Part shown: positions 57,949 through 64,000 of the stretch, in pieces
Layout of the letters: each line of letters starts with the position of its first letter
Position numbering within the stretch: the first letter of the stretch is position 1
Assembly: GCA_963675755.2 (NCBI GenBank)
Contig: CAXXMD010000003.1
Span: 2,624,001-2,688,000 of the forward strand
Reading direction: 5' to 3'
Source: a bacterium
GTDB lineage: Bacteria; Zhuqueibacterota; Zhuqueibacteria; Residuimicrobiales; Krinioviventaceae
DNA: 64,000 bases
Position numbers and translations under genes: made by a program
The notes under the pieces: generated by a model
Told to the model about the DNA's origin: nothing
Seen by the model: only the letters and a program-made list of their open reading frames with translations
The model's database searches: none

Positions 57949-59049
57949 ATGAAATTAAAAAACCTTAAATTCTTTGCAAGATACTCTATGATCAAAATTA
58001 TAATGAATTTTCTGTTCTATTTTTCAAGCCTGTTATTGCTAATAGTGGGTATATCTACGGCAAACGGATTGAATGATATCATCCCCTGGTTTAATATTTT
58101 CAATAAAATATTACGTTTTATTTTTACCATATTCTGGTTGGTTTTGATCCAACGGGTGGATAGAAACAAAAGAATCTATTTCCCCATGATGTTTGGCTTT
58201 TCCATGTTCTTTTGGGGACAAATAGTTGACATGCTGGAGGATATTTATAGCCTGGTTTACTTTTTGGGTCGTTATGAGAATATTGTAATGAGTTTGGGAC
58301 TGGGTATTGCCAGTGTGGGGGTAATCTATTGGATTCGAGACAAGGAAAAACATGAACAGGATTTGTCTGATGTTAATGATCAGTTGAAATTTATTGTTGG
58401 TGAACAAAAGGAAACTGCTGAGCAATTAAAGCAGTTGGTGAATGAAAAAGAAATATTGAACAAGGAAATACATCACCGGGTTAAGAATAATCTTGCGGTG
58501 ATTTCAAGTATGTTGAATTTACAGGCGGCCCAAGTCGAAAACAAGGAAGCAAAGCTCCATCTGCAAAACAGCCGAGACCGTGTGCATTCCATGGCTTTGA
58601 TACATGAGCAGGTGTATCAATCGAACGATATGAATTATATCGATTTCAAAGCATATATTGAAAATATTGTCAAGGAGCTGCAGGCTATTTATGGCGAAGC
58701 AGAAAGCCATTTGAAAATTATTGCGGAATTGCAGGATGCAAGTATGCATGTTAATGTAGCAGTCCCTTGCGGATTACTTTTGAATGAACTTGTAACCAAT
58801 GCGATAAAATACGCCTTTCCTGAATCTGATAACGATAACCGAATTGAGATAACGTTAGAGAATCAAGAACAGGCTATACAACTCTGTGTAAAGGACAATG
58901 GTATTGGTTTGCCGCCGGAAGAAGTATTGAAAGATAAAAAATCCTTGGGGATAAAAATTGTCAAAGTACTTGCAGAACAGATAAAAGCGAGTATAACAAT
59001 TGAGCGTAACAAGGGAACTCGTTATATAATAACTGTACCCAATAGTTAG
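57949..59049 (+). CDS. Membrane sensor histidine kinase, HisKA_2 type
   Basis: EIHHRVKNNL, NELVTNAIKYAF, DNGIG, SLG. Confidence 0.9.
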   Translation: MKLKNLKFFARYSMIKIIMNFLFYFSSLLLLIVGISTANGLNDIIPWFNIFNKILRFIFTIFWLVLIQRVDRNKRIYFPMMFGFSMFFWGQIVDMLEDIYSLVYFLGRYENIVMSLGLGIASVGVIYWIRDKEKHEQDLSDVNDQLKFIVGEQKETAEQLKQLVNEKEILNKEIHHRVKNNLAVISSMLNLQAAQVENKEAKLHLQNSRDRVHSMALIHEQVYQSNDMNYIDFKAYIENIVKELQAIYGEAESHLKIIAELQDASMHVNVAVPCGLLLNELVTNAIKYAFPESDNDNRIEITLENQEQAIQLCVKDNGIGLPPEEVLKDKKSLGIKIVKVLAEQIKASITIERNKGTRYIITVPNS

Positions 59050-59141
59050 AAAAAAATCATTTATCTGCATCTTTTTTGAGGGAATGACATCTAATGGTTT
59101 GAGTAAATTTGTATACTATATTCAAAACCATTGGAGATACC

Positions 59142-59336
59142 ATGATTCATGTGAATGCCGATTATTGCCCGCAAAACCACCCTTGTCCTGTTACTCGTGC
59201 TTGTCCTGTAGGAGCTATATCTCAAGTAGGTTTTTCTGCACCTATCATAGATGAAGAAAAATGTACCGGATGCGGCAAGTGCGCCAAACTCTGTAACGTC
59301 TTTTCAGTAAAAGCGGATTATCATAAAGCGTCCTGA
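59142..59336 (+). CDS. Small 4Fe-4S ferredoxin-like protein
   Basis: CPQNHPCP...CPVGAI and CTGCGKC..LC; ggag RBS before ATG 59142. Confidence 0.85.
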   Translation: MIHVNADYCPQNHPCPVTRACPVGAISQVGFSAPIIDEEKCTGCGKCAKLCNVFSVKADYHKAS

Positions 59337-59344
59337 TAAACTTG

Positions 59345-59374
59345 AGGGTTGTGTATTACACAACCCTTTTTTTT
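59345..59374 (+). terminator. Rho-independent terminator
   Basis: agggttgtgt...acacaaccct followed by a T-run. Confidence 0.85.
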
Positions 59375-59634
59375 GTGATTGACTGCTGAAAAAAGTTGAA
59401 AAAACAGTTGCTTTTTTATCAGTTGTTGGACATATTTAAAAACCCTATGATCAATACGGGGTCATAAAACATTTAGTAAAAGTAAATCCGTTAATCGACC
59501 TGCTTTCCTACTCTATTAATTCCAGATCCTCATTGTGGGGATAGTCCCCGCCCCACAGTTTTCACTTGCTCACTATCCTTTAACACAAATGCACCATTGT
59601 TAAACTATATGTTCATTTTATGGAGGATATTGAA

Positions 59635-62600
59635 ATGAAAACCCATAATATTATCTTGTTACAGATAATTTGTTTATGCTTTTTAGTAACGAGTACACCC
59701 TTGTTTTCCCAGACCACACAGGTTAACAGTGATCATGCAGCATATTATGATAAAGTGTTTCACCGGCAATATATATTTACACCGGTAGATAACAAGATCA
59801 TGATAAAATTTGCTGAAAATAACCGGCAGTTCAGATCTGTAAAGCAGTCGGTCATTCAATCCTATGATCTAAATACTGAACATGAGGCAATAGAACGTTA
59901 TCGCTATGGCGTTTACGTATTACCCGGCGGTAGTACTGTATCTGCAATTCATGATCAGTTGAAACATGATCCAAATGTTAAAGCGTCTTGTCCTTTGATG
60001 GTCGATCAGGATGGATATGAACGCTATTTCATTCCGGACGAGTTTACTGTTCAATTTAATAAAAATATGAGCCGGGATGAAATGCTGCAGATTATTGATG
60101 ATTATGGTTGCAAGGTAGTCAAACAGCAATGGACCTATGGGTATTATACTTTGTCAGTTCCCCCGGGGCATGAATTGTTTGAGACCATACGTGCATTCAT
60201 TGCTATGGATCAAACCATGTTTGCCGAGTTGAGTTTTATTGGTTTTAATGATTACTGTTTTGATCCCGATGATACCCAATATACGCAACAGTGGGCATTG
60301 AACAATACCGGCGCCGGTGGGGGTGATGCGGATGCGGATATTGATGCACGTGAAGCCTGGGACATTGAACGGGGGGATCCCGATGTGTTGGTTGTGGTGA
60401 TTGATACAGGTATAGAATGGGACCATCCCGACCTGCGTGAAAATGTTGCACAGAATTTAGGGGAGGATAGTGACGGTGATGGACGCACCATGCAGCAGGT
60501 TGGAGGCAACTGGGTACGGGACCCAGGTGATCTGAACGGCGTAGATGATGACGGTAATGGCCTGATCGATGACCTTTTTGGCTGGGATTTTGCCGATGAT
60601 GACAATGATCCAACTCCACAGGCATTAACAGCAACGGATGATTCTTATCCTCATGGTACCGCATGCGCGGGGATAGCCGCAGCGGTTACTGATAATAATT
60701 TGGGAGTTGCCGGTATTGCCCATAACTGCCGTCTTATGGGACTGCGGGTAAACCTGACTTCCGGTATGAACCAGAATCGTGCAGATGCAATCAACTATGC
60801 TGTGGATATGGCAGCCAATTACGATGCTGTTGTACTTTCATGCAGTTGGGTAGCCAGTGGTACCATGACCGCATTACAAAATGCTGTTATTAATGCCAGA
60901 AATAATAATGTATTACCCTGTTTTGCATCCGGCAATGGAAATACAACCCCTATTCGTTATCCTGCCCGATATGCGCAAACCCTTGCGGTTGGCGCTACGA
61001 GTGAATGTGATGAACGGAAATCCACTACCAGTTGTGACGGTGAAAACTGGTGGGGCAGTAATTATGGTGACAGTCTAAATGTTTCTGCACCGGGAGTGCA
61101 CCTTAGAACCACTGATATGGTGGGGGCGGATGGTTATGGAGGTGGTGATTATATTGCCAATATGAATGGTACTTCCGGGGCTACACCGCACGTAGCAGCT
61201 GCTGCAGCATTGCTCTGGTCTTATGATCCCAGTCTATCTGTGGACGAAGTTCAGGATATTTTACAGCAAAGCGCGGACAAGGTTGGTGGATACGATTATT
61301 CTCACGCAGCCTCAATGCCTGGGCACTCGGTAGAATTGGGTTACGGCAGGTTAAATGTGGACAGGGCTTTGCAAATGCTCATGGCGCGTACCGGGGCTAT
61401 TACGGATATGCTGCCCGATCCCTTGGATCTTGCTATTTCAATCGATCGTTCAGGCAGTATGATTACATCAAAGCTTGATGCGGTAAAGAATGCCGCTTCG
61501 CAGGTGGTCTGGTTGATGAATATTGGAGACAGACTCAGCGTGACCATGTATGATGATCTGCTGGATCCGGTTTTTCCTGCAGCCGGAGGCGTTATTGATA
61601 TCACATCATCCACCACCAAAGAAGATGCGGAGTCCGCAATTCTGTCAATTACCCGGCGGGGATTGACCTCCATTGGCGGCGGGCTTTCATATGCACAGAC
61701 ACAATTGTCCACAATAACGACACCTTATTATCCACAGGCAATTATTTTAATGTCTGATGGTATGTCAAATACCGCACCCTGGGTGTTTGATACGGTACCA
61801 ACTATACCTGCATTGACGGATGTTTATACTATAGGTTTTGGAACAGCAGGTGAAAATGTGGATGAAGATTCTCTGCGCTGGATTGCCACTCAGACAGGCG
61901 GGACCTATCTTTTTGCCGGCGCTGATGCATTGTTCAGGACAGAAGAAACGCCGTTAAATTTTGCAGCTTCTACAGGTGGACTGGAGATCATCAAGGCATA
62001 CCAGGCATCTTTTAATCTGGCCAACAGACGCCAGATTATGGAGCTTTACGGCAGTGCCCTGAAAGAGCAATTCAGAGATGAAATTCTTGTTGATGAATCA
62101 GTAGGCGACATGCGTTTTAGTCTGTTGGGTGATGATTATAAAGGTGAGTATGGATTGATATTGACCGATCCTAATGGCAAAGAAATAAATCCTGAAGTCG
62201 CGGAAAAAGAAGATTTGATCGATTATATTGAAGGTCCATCCGTAAGATCTTATACCGTGCGGCATCCGGAAGGAGGTATCTGGATGATGGAAGGATATGC
62301 GACCGGATCAAAATATTATATTTCCGCTTCCGGGTATTCATCTTTAAAAACGTTCCTTTCCTTATGGCGGACAAGCGTTTGCAGACCCATGTTGATACGA
62401 CTCAGGATCATTCAGCAGGGTGAACCGATATATAATGCCGAGGTCACAGCCAGGGTCGGTTTCCCGAACAATGAATATACTACCATTGAATTGTATGATG
62501 ATGGCGAGCACGGTGACGGCCAGTTAAAAGACGGTGTTTTTGCCAATTATTTTGATAATACTTGTGCAGCAGGAAGTTATTCGGTAGAAACCACAACCCG

Positions 62601-63414
62601 GGGACGAACACTGAAAGGATTGGCTTTTACACGGTATAATGTGAAAAACACATTTATAACCAAAGCCCCTGAACTGCTTGTTATTGATCTTTCCATGCCC
62701 GACCTGATCTCGCCACAAGGCGAGCTGCTCAAAGTACCTGTCCAATTGAATTCTAACGTATTCGGACGGGAAATACAGGGATTTCAGGGATATATTTCCT
62801 ATAATCCGGATGTGATCAGCCCATACGAAGAGGCCATTCTTGAAGGTACCCTTTGTAGTGAAAATTGGAAAGTCATTGTCAAGGAAACGGAGAAAGGAAT
62901 GATTGAAGTTACCGGTGAGGGCAAGTACCTGAGCGAGCAGGGAATATTGCTCATATTGCCTTTCAAAGTGGTGGGTGAAAAACCGGGTTATTCGGATTTG
63001 ATATTTAAAAAATGGACATTCCTGGGGGGCGAAGGCGATTATGAAGTAGAGTTGACAGATGGCAGTTTTAAAGTAGGCCAGATACTGATGCCGGATGTGC
63101 CAACTGACGTTAAGAAAGATCATTCTGCAATTCCAGAGCACTATGCCTTACAGTTCAACTATCCAAATCCATTTAATCCTGTTACCAATATTCAATATGA
63201 TCTGCCGGAAAACACAAATGTGAATTTAACTGTATATAATATTCTGGGACAACAAGTAAAACAACTCATTGAACGTTATCATACAGCCGGGTATTATACC
63301 CTGCAATGGGACGGTACCGATGCGTTTGGAAGATCCGTTTCAAGCGGGCTCTATTTTTATCGTCTCAAGACTGATGGTTTTGTGGATGTTAAAAAGATGT
63401 TTTTATTAAAATAA
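59635..63414 (+). CDS. Secreted S8 subtilase with vWA, beta-sandwich/cohesin-like and FlgD/T9SS-like C-terminal sorting domains
   Basis: Triad IDTG/HGTACAG/GTSGATP; MIDAS DRSGS...SDG; YDDGEHGD..DGVF; NYPNPFNP...WDGTD...SGLYFYRL; ggagg RBS before ATG 59635. Confidence 0.88.
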   Translation: MKTHNIILLQIICLCFLVTSTPLFSQTTQVNSDHAAYYDKVFHRQYIFTPVDNKIMIKFAENNRQFRSVKQSVIQSYDLNTEHEAIERYRYGVYVLPGGSTVSAIHDQLKHDPNVKASCPLMVDQDGYERYFIPDEFTVQFNKNMSRDEMLQIIDDYGCKVVKQQWTYGYYTLSVPPGHELFETIRAFIAMDQTMFAELSFIGFNDYCFDPDDTQYTQQWALNNTGAGGGDADADIDAREAWDIERGDPDVLVVVIDTGIEWDHPDLRENVAQNLGEDSDGDGRTMQQVGGNWVRDPGDLNGVDDDGNGLIDDLFGWDFADDDNDPTPQALTATDDSYPHGTACAGIAAAVTDNNLGVAGIAHNCRLMGLRVNLTSGMNQNRADAINYAVDMAANYDAVVLSCSWVASGTMTALQNAVINARNNNVLPCFASGNGNTTPIRYPARYAQTLAVGATSECDERKSTTSCDGENWWGSNYGDSLNVSAPGVHLRTTDMVGADGYGGGDYIANMNGTSGATPHVAAAAALLWSYDPSLSVDEVQDILQQSADKVGGYDYSHAASMPGHSVELGYGRLNVDRALQMLMARTGAITDMLPDPLDLAISIDRSGSMITSKLDAVKNAASQVVWLMNIGDRLSVTMYDDLLDPVFPAAGGVIDITSSTTKEDAESAILSITRRGLTSIGGGLSYAQTQLSTITTPYYPQAIILMSDGMSNTAPWVFDTVPTIPALTDVYTIGFGTAGENVDEDSLRWIATQTGGTYLFAGADALFRTEETPLNFAASTGGLEIIKAYQASFNLANRRQIMELYGSALKEQFRDEILVDESVGDMRFSLLGDDYKGEYGLILTDPNGKEINPEVAEKEDLIDYIEGPSVRSYTVRHPEGGIWMMEGYATGSKYYISASGYSSLKTFLSLWRTSVCRPMLIRLRIIQQGEPIYNAEVTARVGFPNNEYTTIELYDDGEHGDGQLKDGVFANYFDNTCAAGSYSVETTTRGRTLKGLAFTRYNVKNTFITKAPELLVIDLSMPDLISPQGELLKVPVQLNSNVFGREIQGFQGYISYNPDVISPYEEAILEGTLCSENWKVIVKETEKGMIEVTGEGKYLSEQGILLILPFKVVGEKPGYSDLIFKKWTFLGGEGDYEVELTDGSFKVGQILMPDVPTDVKKDHSAIPEHYALQFNYPNPFNPVTNIQYDLPENTNVNLTVYNILGQQVKQLIERYHTAGYYTLQWDGTDAFGRSVSSGLYFYRLKTDGFVDVKKMFLLK

Positions 63415-63421
63415 GTTAGAA

Positions 63422-63449
63422 TAACCGGGAGGCTAACGTCTCCCGGTTA
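63422..63449. terminator. Hairpin between convergent genes
   Basis: aaccgggag...ctcccggtt. Confidence 0.65.
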
Positions 63450-63520
63450 AAACTGGATTTAAGATATTTGAAAATAATGCAATATTTCCGGACTCTCGTA
63501 TTGAGCGGGGAGAATTCAAG

Positions 63521-63963
63521 TTACGGTTCTATCTCTTTTAAATTGTCAAAGATACGTTTCAACATGCTTTCAAAAATATCCATTTCATTTTCTGAGAATC
63601 CTTTGTAGTAGAGGGATGTCATTTCTTTGAAACTGCCACATATTGTTTTTGAAAGGATTTGTCTTTTTCAGTGCGCCAGATACAGATTTTGCGTCTGTCG
63701 ATGTCCGACGGTTCTCTTTTGATAAAACCGGTCTGTTCCAGCCGGTCCAGCATACTGGTTAGAGTGGATTTACTCAACGAGGTTTCTTTTGCCAGCTCGT
63801 TGATGGGAATACCATCGTTCTGCCACAGCACAAACATGATTCTGCCCTGGGCGGGATTAATTTCATTCACGCCATAATCTTTGAGCATGCGCGCAAAAAT
63901 ACGCCCTGATAGCTGATGGATCTTTGATATGTAAAATCCCCCTTTGCTGTTTTTACTCAACAA
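63521..63963 (-). pseudogene. MarR family regulator with apparent one-base deletion near 63627
   Basis: wHTH KSTLTSMLDRLE...DRR ends VSKK*; the adjacent frame continues KEMTSLYYKGFSENEMDIFESMLKRIFDNL to a stop at 63521. Confidence 0.75.
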
Positions 63964-64000
63964 AAACTCCTGTTCTTAAATTTTGAATTCAAATTTATCT

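Noticed and set aside
394-63877. Many 60-200 aa antisense or alternate-frame ORFs (e.g. 394..993, 26557..26961, 48424..48969, 62524..63141)
   Set aside because: They lie over well-supported genes and show no recognisable motifs.
1-64000. tRNA, rRNA or known riboswitches
   Set aside because: No cloverleaf, rRNA signature or recognisable aptamer core seen by eye; a covariance-model scan is needed to exclude them.

Overview
AT-rich, gene-dense bacterial chromosomal window. It is probably from an FCB-group lineage such as KSB1 or Calditrichota; this is an inference from the NYPNPFNP-type C-terminal sorting domain, DUF1080/Gfo sugar enzymes, a Cys-type sulfatase and a DUF4295-like small protein. 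I recognised no rRNA, tRNA, CRISPR array, integrase or transposase. Main content: a run of two TMK-like kinases, a small helical protein, a split Ppx (catalytic and HD parts) and menA-menC-menE; an orphan SbcC/Rad50; ada-alkA/ogt; duplicated arsFG with arsR; a RelE-type TA pair; a ychF-linked cluster for an acylated carotenoid glycoside; three hybrid histidine kinases; M64 and S8 peptidases; ahpC; and a sulfatase. Most notable: (1) A family of CGCAGAG-based inverted repeats brackets a frameshifted GxxExxY nuclease gene. A near-identical second pair brackets an unrelated AT-rich gene, and decayed left ends recur as ~110-130 bp direct repeats ahead of small cassette-like ORFs at 24.3-26.6 kb. 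This is a candidate repeat-based gene-capture system. (2) A TMK-like kinase pair (GKST/GRST) beside Ppx is a candidate heteromeric polyphosphate kinase coupled to menaquinone genes. (3) Two of the three hybrid kinases lack the phosphoacceptor His. All calls come from reading motifs by eye; no searches were run.
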